This document shows positions 26,393 through 39,064 of a DNA stretch of 64,000 nt, piece by piece. The notes under the pieces were generated by a model that did no database searches, was not told the origin of the DNA, and saw only the letters and a list, made by a program, of their open reading frames with translations. The DNA is from the human T2T-CHM13v2.0 reference genome, Homo sapiens: the NCBI RefSeq assembly GCF_009914755.1, contig NC_060928.1; one strand, written 5' to 3'. Positions within the stretch are counted from its first letter, which is position 1. Each line of letters begins with the position of its first letter. Made by a program: the position numbers and the translations under genes.

Positions 26393-27165
26393 AAGAAATA
26401 TGGAGAAGAGAAGGAAATAATTTGAAAAATTATCACATACTCTTCAGTGAATGTTTGCAATTCCTACATTTTCTCACATTTGGGCTAGTGTAGCCATCAT
26501 GTTACTGTCAACACATTCATATATTTTCACCCATGTGATTCCAGATGGTGCCTATATTAAGTCACCATTTCTATTTTACATAAATTATCAAATATTATAT
26601 TTATATTATTACAGATATAGAAAAAATTCAAAGTAAATTTTATAATCTAGGAAGAGAGAATAAATGATTTAGAAAAATAAACAATTTAAACTGCCATTTA
26701 ATATATGTCTAATTATGGATATATGTACATATATCTATAATGTATGGATCATATGTGTGATCTCATTATGACTATGAAAAGATATAAACCACAATTAATA
26801 TGGAAGGAGCAAAAGAGTTCAGCTTTTACATTTGTTTCTACCCAAAAAATGATATTTAAAAATATACAACAGGTATATTCATAAATTAGAATTAAAGAAA
26901 AAATTTTAAGATATTTTATCAAAAATTAGTTTAGGTTTCTTAAGTTGACATTTTTCTCATACTTAATTCTTGAAGTATATATATATAAATAGGTTTGAAT
27001 TATTTCTGAATAATAATACTTATAGCACAGACTAGTTACCATGACATTTTATGAAGTAATAATTGATGGTTGGATTGATACATTTTTATAGGAATTACTC
27101 TATGTTGCTCTAAGGCATAATGAAAGCTACATCACTTGGGAAAGAAACTTTTCAACTCTATTACA

Positions 27166-27508
27166 CAGTCATGCATCACTTTATGATAGAGATATGTTCT
27201 GAGAAATGTGTTGTTAGAAAACTTCACCATTGTGTGCACAATATAGATTGTACTTACACAAACCTAGATGGTATAGCCAACAATACACCTAGGCTACATG
27301 GTATAGCCTATTGCTCGTAGGCTACAAAATCTGTATAGCATGTTATTGTAGTGAATACTACGATATAGTAGGTAACTGTAGCACAGAGGTCAGTGTTTGT
27401 ATATCTAAACATAAAAAGGTCCAGTAAAAATATGGTATTATAATCTACATGACCACCATTGTAGGTGTGCTGTCATTGTTCAAAACATTCTTATGTGCTA
27501 CATGGTTA
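27166..27508 (+). mobile_element. Tigger3a (MER7A) TcMar DNA transposon
   Basis: cagtcatgcatcactttatgatagagatatgttctgagaaatg ... cacaaacctagatggtatagcc ... ttatgtgctacatgg. Confidence 0.9.
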
Positions 27509-30399
27509 CAAATTATTGAAGTGACTATGAGACATTAGTGGTCTTTTAAAATAATACAACATTCAGGAACTAATCAACTTACCCCAAAATTATTTTTAGC
27601 ATTGAAAAAACCCTGAAAATAATAAAACATAGTAGAAAAAGATATAATGCTAAAAAAGTAAATTCGGGTTGATATTTCCAAGAATATGATATAATTACTT
27701 ACATTTTCTATTATGTAAAGGCAATAGGCATCAACGGGGCACTAACAGATGGTTCTACAATTTTTGTTTTTCCCAAAGACTTTATCCTATAAAATGATCA
27801 CAAGAAAAGTCATTAGGTTCACATAAAAATCCTTCTTACTAGCACTTTGAAAATAGCAACAATATCAGCAAGTCTATGATAAACCTCAAAAATATTAAGC
27901 ATATAAATGCCTACTTTCTTAATATGTAGTTTTCATGTAAATTAGTCCTGCTACTTCACACAGATGTGTATTTTAGAGTCTTTGGCAAACGCTCTTCAAT
28001 ATACTTACAAAAGTTTTCTCAATAAGGTTAGAATTATTTAGGCAGTAAGCTTGTTTTGCACATGGTACTATTAAAATTTATATGTTAGCATTGATTAAAC
28101 ATACTCACAAATAATTAGGATATATGTCATATGCTATCAATAATTATTCTTTGCATTTATTTTAATGATCCTTTATTGTTACTAAATTTAAATTAGAAAG
28201 GATTTATGATTAAAATAATACACCAAATACCACATATAAATGCAAGTTCTTATTTCTAAAACTTAGTAGACAAAGAAATTCTGATTACAAGAATAATCTG
28301 AGAAGACTAAATCACTTTGAAACTTTATCAAAGTCTTAACTGTTAATGAAAAACCTTTCAGTGATGAAAAGCCCTCAATAACATTGATTGATCCACCTTT
28401 TTAAGGGCAAAATAAGGCCATATTTCATCAGGGAGTTTAGACATTGATAAATTTATCACATGAAAACCTTTCTAGTATTCAGCCTGAACAACAGTGAATT
28501 GTAGCCTATAGTGAGAATTTACAGCCATAATATGAAATTCATAACCCATCCTTTTATTTATTGTAGAAGTCTCCTGAATACTAGCAAAGTTATAAATGGT
28601 GAATTAAATCACAATAATGTTGCGATTTATTCTAAGGCTTCCCTTAAAGAAAAAAAAATGTCTGGGAAATGATTATCAGTAACCTAATTTGGTTTTATAG
28701 CTTAATAATTAGTTTTGTTAGCATATATAAGATTAAATTACATCATTAGCTAAATGAATTCATTAGTTCTACTGGGGAAAAATGTTGAGATACTTGGAGT
28801 TAAATCTCTGAGGTGAAAAATCGACACGACAGTTTTTAGTGTGTAGAGCTAGGTGCAGCTCTACAGAGTTTTTGCTTCTGTTGTAATGTGAATCAACATG
28901 GAAGTAGATGTTGAGACAAAGCCTTAGGGAGAATAGATTTTATCTGTTTATTAAATTCATACAATTTGGTATTGGAAAGTTTAGTCTTTCTTTTCAGAAA
29001 GTTTACTATGCCTTAACAAAATCCTAGCTAATATCAAATATTATTTTCTTATGTTCTTAAATTATTTTAACCTTAACAAAAATATTAAAAATAATAACTT
29101 TTAGTGATCACTAACTAAAAATTGATTGCATGAAAGCAAATTGTTAATTGTAAGATTTACACCAAGAAACAGACAAAAGTGTGGCTTCAATAAAAATAAA
29201 ATTAAGCAGAAAATGGAAATAAGTACATTTGCTAATAAAAACAAAAGTATTAATTCGAATCCAGCTACACTAAGATAGAATTCTTTACATTAAAACTTTA
29301 GCAAAAAGCCATAAAATTATACCTACAATGGGAAAATGAAGTCTCCACAGTTAAAGAGAGAAAATAAATATAATTGGATCACAAGTTCTTATATATTTTA
29401 GTCATTTCATACACCAACTTTTTTAAATTTTATAATGCATAAATTGATAAGAAACCTTTATGATGTAAAATTTTAAATGGCACTAAAAATGATAAAGTAA
29501 AATACATTCTTAGCCTCCATTTTCCAGGAGAAATTTCTTCTCACCAATATATTGTCTTAAAAACAGAATCAATCCAGGGATAACTACACATTTTAAAATA
29601 TATAAAATTCTTTCTAAACTATTCACATATGCAAAGGTACAGAGCTTGAAGAAAGATGGAAATTGTTTATTTTAGGAAAGATAAAGTTATTAATACATTT
29701 GTTAAATTGGTAGGAAACAACTACATAGATATTAAAAATCTGTAGGTAATCACAAGGGGAATAAAAACTGATATATGTTATTTTAAAATAATTGAAACCA
29801 ATTCAGTGTATCGAATGGAGGGCAGGAAACATCAGAAAAAAAGGAAATTATATAGAGAATACTCAATAAGATGATTAACATAATTCTACTTTGACTCTAA
29901 TTATACAAAGTTCTGGTAAGAAAAACTCACTAACTAAAAGAAAAAGAATCCATTTGCTGATTCTCATTTGATGACACAAGATATGATGACATAAGAAGTT
30001 GCTGTGGCAGTAAAGAATCCTTTACATCTAAAAGATATCTGGGTTCAAAAACAAAGAAATGGACAAAAATACATGGCCTAAAGGAAAGATGAGTTATGAA
30101 TTTTTACATCACAAAAGATGTGAAATGGTAATGGGAAAATCACTACATTGCAAATGGTGAATTTTCTGTTAAAATAATAACTCTCATAACATCATAATAA
30201 AAAGTATATATATGGCAAAAACAGTTTTATGAAAGAAAAGAGACAGATTAACAACTATAGGTGAAGAACTTGTAGTTCCATTTCTTAAGTGGATTTCATC
30301 ATCTTCCACATTCCTCTCTTCTGGATTTCCATGTTTGTATACAATGCCATTTCCTCTTTCATAATAACATTATCATACCTGTAATTACCCTCTTTTTCT

Positions 30400-31240
30400 C
30401 CTTCATCTTCAGTTTTTTCTATGTTCTAGATCATTTCTATCAGCATAAAACAGTTTTTTCTCCTCATGTTTTAAAATGCTTTTGACACTGCTTCACCATC
30501 AAAAACAATTTTATTTCTTTGTTTCTATATGCAACAAAACTTCTCAACTTCTTGACTATATTCATTGTCTCCAATTCCTTGTCACTCACTTTTTCTAAAG
30601 TCACTCTAATCAGGCTTTCATCTCAAGTAATCAAAAGAAACTCTAAAGATAAGGTAATTACTGAGTTCTCTGCCACTAAGTCTGAAGGCAAAATTTCAGT
30701 CCGATATACTTAACTTCTGAAATTAACCAGGCAATTCATTCCCTCATTTAAAAATAGATTCTCTTATGCTTGCCTGTAAGATAAAGCAATTTTCTCATTT
30801 CTTTCTATCTCACACTCTAATTCTTTTCAATCTTCTTTGTAACTTTCTCTTCGTCTTCCCAACATAAGATTTCAGTCCCTATATTCATTTTTTCCCTTGA
30901 TGATATAATTCAGTTTTAAGACTTTAACAACTACTTGTATGCCAATTACACTGTTGAGATTTCCTGATTAAACTTTTATTCCAGAAACTTCTTGATTTTT
31001 GATTCCCTACCTGAGTATCTAATAAACACCAGAAACAAACAAACAAGTCCAAAATGGAATTATTTTAATTCTGATTATCAGCATCCTAACACAAAATGGA
31101 ACAAAATTAAAAAGATTGTCCATTTCTTGCTACATATTTCATAAATGGAAAATGTATCATTGGCTTTTCTTGTTCTCTTACCACCTATATGAATTCCATC
31201 AGTAACTTCTGTTGATTATCTTCATAATCTAGTTAGAATC
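30400..31240 (+). mobile_element. L2 (L2a-like) internal fragment
   Basis: gatcatttctatcagcata; cactctaatcaggctttcatc; gccactaagtctgaaggcaaaatttcagtcc. Confidence 0.65.
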
Positions 31241-31249
31241 ACATCTATG

Positions 31250-31498
31250 AAATCCCTAGACATAAAACTGCAATATCAAATATGAAAAATACACTGGTTA
31301 ACATGAACTGATTTGATATTTGAGGAGAAAGTGTAAGTGAAATGTAAGATATAGTAATAAAAAACTATTCAAAATAAAAAGCACTGGAAAAATAAATTGT
31401 AAAAATGGAAAGAAGAGTAGTAAGTTTTGGTATACATTCCAAAGGTCTAATATGCATTTAATTGGAGTTACTAAGGAGGGGAGAGAGAGATGAAGCAT
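31250..31498 (+). mobile_element. Old L1M ORF1 fragment, 5' half (split by the ERVL insertion)
   Basis: atcaaatatgaaaaatacactgg; ctaatatgcatttaattggagtt; resumes at 38504. Confidence 0.7.
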
Positions 31499-31934
31499 TG
31501 TGATGATTAATTTTATGTGTCAACTTGGATGGTGTTTTCAGGGGAGAATAATATTTAAATCAGTGAAATTTAAGTAATTAGATTGACTTCCATAATATGA
31601 GTGGGCTTCATTCAATCAATTCAAGTACTGAATGAAACAAAAATACTGGTCTTTCGGCGTAAGAGCCTCCTTCGTCCTGCCTTTAGAGTTTATATGCTCC
31701 CTTATATCTCCTGGGTTTCCCTCTGTTGGCCTTCAGACTTCATTCGCCTCTGACTGCTGGCTGCCATACTGTCTGTACCATTGGCTCCCTGTATATTGAG
31801 TTGGCTGGCCCACGCTACAGGTTTGTATTCGCCAGGCTCCATAATCACATAAACCAATTTTTTATATTAAATTTCTTTTTATACGCATATATATCCTGTT
31901 AGTTGTCATCCTCTGGAGAACCCTAATTAATACA
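31499..31934 (+). mobile_element. MLT2 (MLT2C/D-like) 5' LTR of the ERVL provirus
   Basis: tgtgatgattaattttatgtgtcaacttg ... ctctggagaaccctaattaataca. Confidence 0.9.
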
Positions 31935-31939
31935 GATTT

Positions 31940-31957
31940 TGGTACTATGAGTGTTTT
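31940..31957 (+). other. Degenerate tRNA-Leu primer-binding site of ERVL
   Basis: tggtactatgagtg just after the LTR end; ERVL consensus is tggtaccaggagtgg. Confidence 0.65.
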
Positions 31958-32400
31958 AAATAAACAGAATCTTAAGAATAAATTTTCTGAGTTGGTTTTA
32001 GAGTTTCTGAAACTAATATAATCTGATTAGTTTTAAAGATAATTGTAACTTTATTTCCAGTAATAAAGAAAGCACTAATAGCCCATGGTATAATCTGGCT
32101 AATAGGCAAAATATTGCCCTCGGGTACTCCTAATCAAATATTTATAAAAAGCAAGGATCTGATGTGCATATGATACTTTTGAACATTTTTGTCAAACTAA
32201 GGAATATGAGATTGGCAGATTCTTCCTAATGTAACTAGACAAAGTGGGTGTGTGTGGGATGAGTTCAGGAATTCAAATTATGAGCTTAACAGCAGCACAC
32301 ATGACATGAAAGTTTCTATGGCTGGCCTGACAGAGGACTCTTACCTCCTGTAGCTACTGGGTTGAGATTACTGAAAACCAAACTTAGAATTATACTCTAT

Positions 32401-32761
<361 letters not shown>

Positions 32762-35700
32762 TCACAGTATGTCTATTATTAAAGTGAGGAAATTGATTGG
32801 AAAGGAATGGGGTCATGAAAACAAGAATGGAAACTTGTAGAAAGATCCTAGTGAAGCTTGGGTAATTAAGTCCTGTAGAAATACCCTAGTGAAGCTTGGG
32901 TAATTAAGCCCTTAAATTCTAAAGACTCTTCTTTGCCTGTATAAGGAATATCTCCATCACCAGTTGATGCACCCTCTTCATTCTCTCCTGAGAGGGTTAA
33001 CCCTGAATTGCCTGAGAAAACTCTCATGGTGTCCCCTGAAGCAGTTGTCTTGCAAGACAATGCTAATTCTCCTCAGGACCCATTCCCACCACTTCTCTTT
33101 GCTTTTAAACTTACTCAAGGCTCAGGTTCCAGCAGGTAGCCGGCCCCCAGAGGAAAGGTACAAAGTGTGACCCATGAAGAGCTGTGCTACATTCCAAAAG
33201 AACTACTTGAGTTTTCTAATTTATATACAGAGAAATATGGGGGATATGCATGGGAATGGATATTAAGAGGGTGGGATAATTGTGAAGGTAACAAAAAGTT
33301 GAATCAGGACAAATTTACTGATACAGACCTACTGAGCAGAGATTCTGTAGTGTTGCAGCTCAAGGAGTTAGAAAGTGTGCTCTCTATTTGTTTGCTTAGT
33401 TGGCTGAAATGTGGACCAAAGGTGAAGAAAGTGAGTGAGCTTGAATTCTCAGACTTGAATTGGTCCAGAGGGATTTAAAGGCTTAGGGAGATTGAAATAG
33501 CAGAGTAGATGTGACATTTAAGATCTCTATTCACCTGATCTTGAAGTGTCCAAAGACACACTGATCTTGAAGTGTCCAAAGACACACATTTCACCACAAC
33601 TATGAGAAATAAATTTATGGGGAAAGCTCTAGCATCTTGAACTCTTTGATTGCTCTTCTGTTAGCCAGAGCTTACAATGGGAACCACAGTCACTAAATTG
33701 GAAAACCTAAATACAATAAGGGTAGTTGAATCCTGAGGTAGCAAGAGTGAAATTGGATCCCACCCAAGGTAGCAGGGACCAGCACCCAACCACCAAATAC
33801 AAAGTGGGCAGAGTTACCATAATGCACAACAGAGTTAAAACACAACTCCAGAGTATGGTACTCTGATTTGTGCAGAACTATGGTATCAGCTAGTTGATGA
33901 TGGTGATTCTAGAAGTAAACTAGATAGAAAAATCTACAAAATTCTAACTTGATTTGTATAAGCAGAAAAGTTTGAGGCAAAGTAAATAATACTCAAATCT
34001 GAATCATAAAAACAGAGTTACAGCCTCTCAATCAATCCCCAGACTTAAGCCAGTTTATAGATGTAGAACTACTTGAATAAAGGGGAGGCTGGATCTCTTT
34101 GAGGAAGAAAAATAGTACACTACCAAAAATTTATATTGTTAATATTTCTCTCGGGCTTCCCCAAAGGAAACTATAGTCTTTTATCAGGATAATTGTGCAT
34201 TGGGGAAAAGGAAATAATCAGATCTTCCAGGAACCACTAGACACTTGCTCTGATAAAACACTAATTTCAGGAAATCCAAAATTTTATTGTGGTCCATCAA
34301 TAAGTGTAAGAACTTATGGAGGTCAGGTGATCAATGAAGTTTTCACTCACGTCCATCTCACAATAAGCCCAGTCGGTGCCTGCATAATTGCAATAGATAT
34401 ACTAAGAAGCTATCAGAATTCCTCTATTGGCTCCATGGCCTGTGGAATGTGTGCTATTATGGTGAAAAATGGCAGATGGGAGTTGCTAGAACTCTCTCTA
34501 CCAAGGAAAATAGTAAATAAGAAACAATACTACTTTCCTGGAGGGATTGCTAAGATTGGTGCCACCATTAATGGCTGAAAAATGCAAGAGTGGTGATTCA
34601 AACCGCATCTCTATACAAAAATCTAATTTGTCCTATGCAGAAGACAGATGGGTTTTGGAGAATGACAATGGATTATCATTTATTCAGGTGGTCCCTCCAA
34701 CTGCAGCAGCTATACCATATGTGGTTTTATTGTTTCAGCAAATTAACATATTCTCTGGTAATTGGTATGCAGCTATTAGTCTGTGAAATGGCTTTTTCTC
34801 CATTTCTAGTCATAAGGCCAACTATAAGCAATTTCCTTTACCTGGCAAGGCCAGCAATATACTCTCATTCTTCCACCTCAAGGGTATATAAACTCTCCAG
34901 TTCTATGTCATGATTGAATTCACAGGAATCTTGAACTTCTTTCTTTTCCATAAGCTATCACACACTGGTCCATTAAATTGATTACTTTATGCTGATTGGA
35001 ACGAGGGATCAAGGAGTAGCAACTGCTGTAGACTTACTGGTAAGACCATTAGGTGCTAAGGATGTTAAATAAATCTCACATATCTCAACATTTCAGGAGA
35101 CTTGCACATCAGTGAAAATTTCAGAGGGCCCGTGGTGTGGGGCAATACCCTCTAAGGTGAAGAATAAGTTGTTACATCTGGCCCCCACCACAACCAAAAT
35201 ATAGATATAATGACTAATGAATCACTTCAAGTTTTGGAGACAGCATATTCTTCATTCAAGTGTGTTACTCTGGCCCATTTACCAAGTGACCTGGAAAGTC
35301 ATTCGTTTTGAGTAGGATACAGAACAGGAGTAGACTCTGCAAAAGGTCCAGGATGCCTTACAAGCTGCTCTGCCATTTGACCCATATGATCAAGCAGATT
35401 CTTAAAGTGTCAGTGGTAGATAAGAATGCTGGTGGAAGCCTTTGGCAGACCCCTATAGATGTATCACAGACCAGGCCTTTAAGATTTTTGAGCAAAGCCA
35501 TGCCATCTTCTGCAGATAACTACTTTTTGAGAAACAGCTTTTGATCTGCTGCTGGGCCTTAGTAGAGTTAGAATGATTAGCCATAGGCCACCAAGTTACC
35601 ATGTAGTTGGAGTTTTCCATTATAAATTGGCTATTATCTTACTCAGTAATCCATAAATGCAAGCATACACCAACACTCTATTCCCAAATAAAAATTGTAT

Positions 35701-37759
35701 ATATGAGATTGGACCTGAGCCATCCCTGAAGACACAAGTTAAATAGAAAAGTGGCCTAAGGTCCATGGTCCCCATTCCTGCTATACTACCTTCGCTCTCC
35801 CAGCCTTATAAATAATCACCCAAGATCAGTTAACAGAGGAAGATTAAACTCAGGCTTGGTTTACAGATAGTTTGCGTGATTCTAACCACATATGAAAGTG
35901 GTCAGTTGAAGCACCACAACCCCTTTCTGTACATCCCTGAATGAAAGTAGTGAAGAGAAATCTGTAGTGTGCAGAAATTCAAGCGTGCACCCAGTTATTC
36001 ACTTTTCTTAGAAGACTAAATGGTCCCACCTATGATTAGGTATTGATTCTTGGGCTATATTCAATGGTTTGGCTGGATGCTTTAAGACTTAGAAGGAACA
36101 AAAGAGAAAAATTGACAAGAAAATCTGGAGAAGAGCTTTGTAGATAGACCTCTCCAAAAGACTGAAAAACGTGAAGACGTTTGTGTCACATGGAAGTGAC
36201 CACCAAGTGGTGTTAAATAAGAGACACAATTTAGCAACTGAGTGGATGACTATGGATAGAAGTCAGCTTCTTTTGCCAGCCATCCTTGTCATTGCCCAAT
36301 GAACAAATTGGCCATGGTGGCAGGGACGGAAATTACGTACGGACCCAGCAACATGAACAGCTGCCGTCAACCTGGCTAAGCTTCTGCTGAATGCACAATC
36401 TGCCAGCAGCAGAGACCAACACTGAGTCCCTGAAATGACACCATTCACTGTGGTGATCAACCAGCTACCTTTTGGGTAATTGGTTACATTGGGTCTCTTT
36501 CATTATGGAAGGAGCAATGTTTTGTTCTTATTAGAACAGGCACTTACTATGAAAATGATGACCCCTCCCTGCATTCAATGCTTCTACCAAAACTACCATC
36601 TGTGAACTTACAGTATGTCATATCCACCTACATCATATTCCATACACATTGTTTCCAATCAAACAACTCACTTAGCAGCAAATGATGTGTGGCTACTGGA
36701 CATTTTTCATGAAATTCACTGATCTCACCATGTTCCCCACCATCTTCAAGCCACTGGCTTCACAGAGCCATGGAATGGCCTTTTAAAGGCTTGGTCACAG
36801 TGCCAGCAAGGTGGAAGTACCTTGCAGGCCTGAGAAAGTTTATTCAGGAGCCTGTATATGCTCTGAATCATCATCCCATATATGGTTCTGTTTCTTCATA
36901 GTCAGGATTCATCAGTCCAGGAATCAAAAGGTACAAATGAGAGTGGCACCACTCACTATTATGCCTAGTGACCTGCTAGAAAAGTTGTTGCTTTCTATTC
37001 CCACACACTTATTCTCTGTTTGCCTAGAGATCTTAGTAGTAAAGGGAGGAAAGCTTTCATCAGGAGGCACAACGATTCTATTCAACTAGAGTTAAGATTA
37101 CATCCAGACATTTTGAACTCCTCATGCCTCTGAATTAACAGGCAAAGAAAGATGCTATTGTGCTGGCTGTGGTAAGTTTTCCTTACTATCAAGCGGAATT
37201 TGGTACAAAGTAGGCAGAGTTACCATATTTTGTGGACAAAATAAAGAGAGTATGTCTGGTCTGGAATACAGGATATCCCCTAGGGTATATGCTGGTATTA
37301 CCATGCCCTGTGGTTAAGGTCAATGAACAACTACAACATCTCAATTTAAGCAGGGCTACTAATGACTCAGGCTCTTTAGAAATAAAAGTTTGGCTCACTC
37401 CACCAGGTAAAGAATTATAACCATTTGAGGCTCCTGCTGAAGACAAAAGGGGTATGGAATGGATTGTGAAAAAAGGTAGTTATGAAGACCAGCTATGACC
37501 ATGATACCAGTCATAGAAATTAGGACTGTAATGTCGTGATTGTTCTCTCCTTATTTTGTTATAACTATGTCTGTGTGTGTATATATAGCAAATGTCTTTG
37601 TTTTCTTCGCCCTCTTATCCCCTTCATTTAACATAAAAGGGATTGACTTTATATCATAGTACTTAAGTATTGTGAACTTTATATCATAGAATTCATATTA
37701 AGGGATATCACAGAGAATAGTAAACATTTTCCAAGGGATGTGCTTCTTCTTCTAAGATA

Positions 37760-38068
37760 CCTAAGTCTTAAAAATGAAGAACTTCTTGCCATTTGTGACA
37801 ATATAGATAAACTGGAATACATAATACTAAATGAAATAAGCCAGATGCAGAATGATTAATACTGTGTGGTCTCACTTATGCATGGAATATAACAACAAAA
37901 AAGTTGAAGTCATAGTAAGAATAGAATGGTGGTTACCAGGGGTCAGGGTCTTGTTCAAGTGGGAGGAGATGTATTTGATCAAAGCATACAAACTTTCAGT
38001 TATAAAAGGGATAACTTCTGGAGACCTAAAGTACAGCATGGTTACTTTAGTTAATGTGTTATAAAAAA
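37760..38068 (+). mobile_element. L1MA9/10-like 3' fragment at the ERVL internal / 3' LTR boundary
   Basis: ttgccatttgtgacaatatagataaactgg; aagcatacaaactttcagttataa; ttctggagacctaaagtacagcatgg. Confidence 0.8.
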
Positions 38069-38074
38069 TTCAGA

Positions 38075-38503
38075 AAATTTTGAGTAAGCAGATTGCCCTC
38101 CATAATTTGGGCGGGCCTCATTCAATAAATTGAAATCCTGGATAGAACCAAAATTCCAGGCTCCTGGAGCAAGAGTGAAAGTGGCACCACTCACTATTAT
38201 GCCTAGTGACCCACTAGAAATCCTCCTGCAGACTGCATTTCGACTTCATCTGCACCATCAGCTCTCCTGGGTCTCTGCTTGATGACCCACACTGATTATG
38301 TGGACATGCCAGCCCTCATAATCACATGAGTCAGTTTCTTATAATAAATCTCTTAATTTATTCTTAATTTATATAAATTGTATGTATAAAATATATACAT
38401 ATTATGTATATATTCACTTTACATATGTATATACACCAGATGCACATACAAACACATGCACTACCTAATGTTTCTATTTCTCTGGAAAACTATGACTAAT
38501 ACA
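38075..38503 (+). mobile_element. MLT2 3' LTR of the ERVL provirus (5' part missing)
   Basis: gagtaagcagattgccctccataatttgggcgggcctcattcaat ... tctctggaaaactatgactaataca; homologous to 31570-31934. Confidence 0.88.
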
Positions 38504-39040
38504 ATCAGAAATAAATAAATGAACTAAAAATGTCTCAATTTTTTCCAAAATTGATGATAACTATAATCCCAAAGAGCCAAGAATATCAACAAACTCCAAA
38601 CACAGAATTACGAATAAAACAACACCAAGCAAAAACAAAAATCAAATTGCTGTAAAGCAGTGACAAAGAAAGTACTTAAAAAACAGCTAGAAAGAAGACA
38701 CATCACATAGAAGAACTAACATAAAAATGACAACATGTTTCTTATTAGAAATAATGCAGCAGAGCAACATTTTTAAGTTACTGAAAGACAAAAACTGCTA
38801 ACAAACTAGAAATATATAACCAGTGAACATACCTTTCACAAATGAAGATGGTACAGACTATTAAAACATACAAAACTGAAAGAATTTATTACCAGTTGAC
38901 TCACACTGTAAGAAGTAGTAAACAAAGCTTTTTAGGCAGAAGAAGAAGAATACAAAATGGAAATACAAGCCTATACTAAGCAATGAAAGTCAATGAAAAC
39001 ATTAAAAACTTGGAAAAAATATCCAGTTGAAAATTTGAAA
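38504..39040 (+). mobile_element. Old L1M ORF1 fragment, 3' half
   Basis: ttttccaaaattgatgataactataatccc; atcaaattgctgtaaagcagtgacaaag; aaactgaaagaatttattaccag. Confidence 0.75.
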
Positions 39041-39064
39041 CTGATGCACTTAAAAATAAATCCC

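Noticed and set aside
27520-29600. About 2 kb AT-rich stretch with no repeat I could recognise
   Set aside because: No ORF, RNA-gene motif or repeat structure visible; function cannot be supported without conservation data.
33167-37420. ERVL gag/pol ORFs as a possible domesticated retroviral gene
   Set aside because: All fragments are under 130 aa with many stops and frameshifts, an Alu in gag and an altered protease motif (LDTCS).
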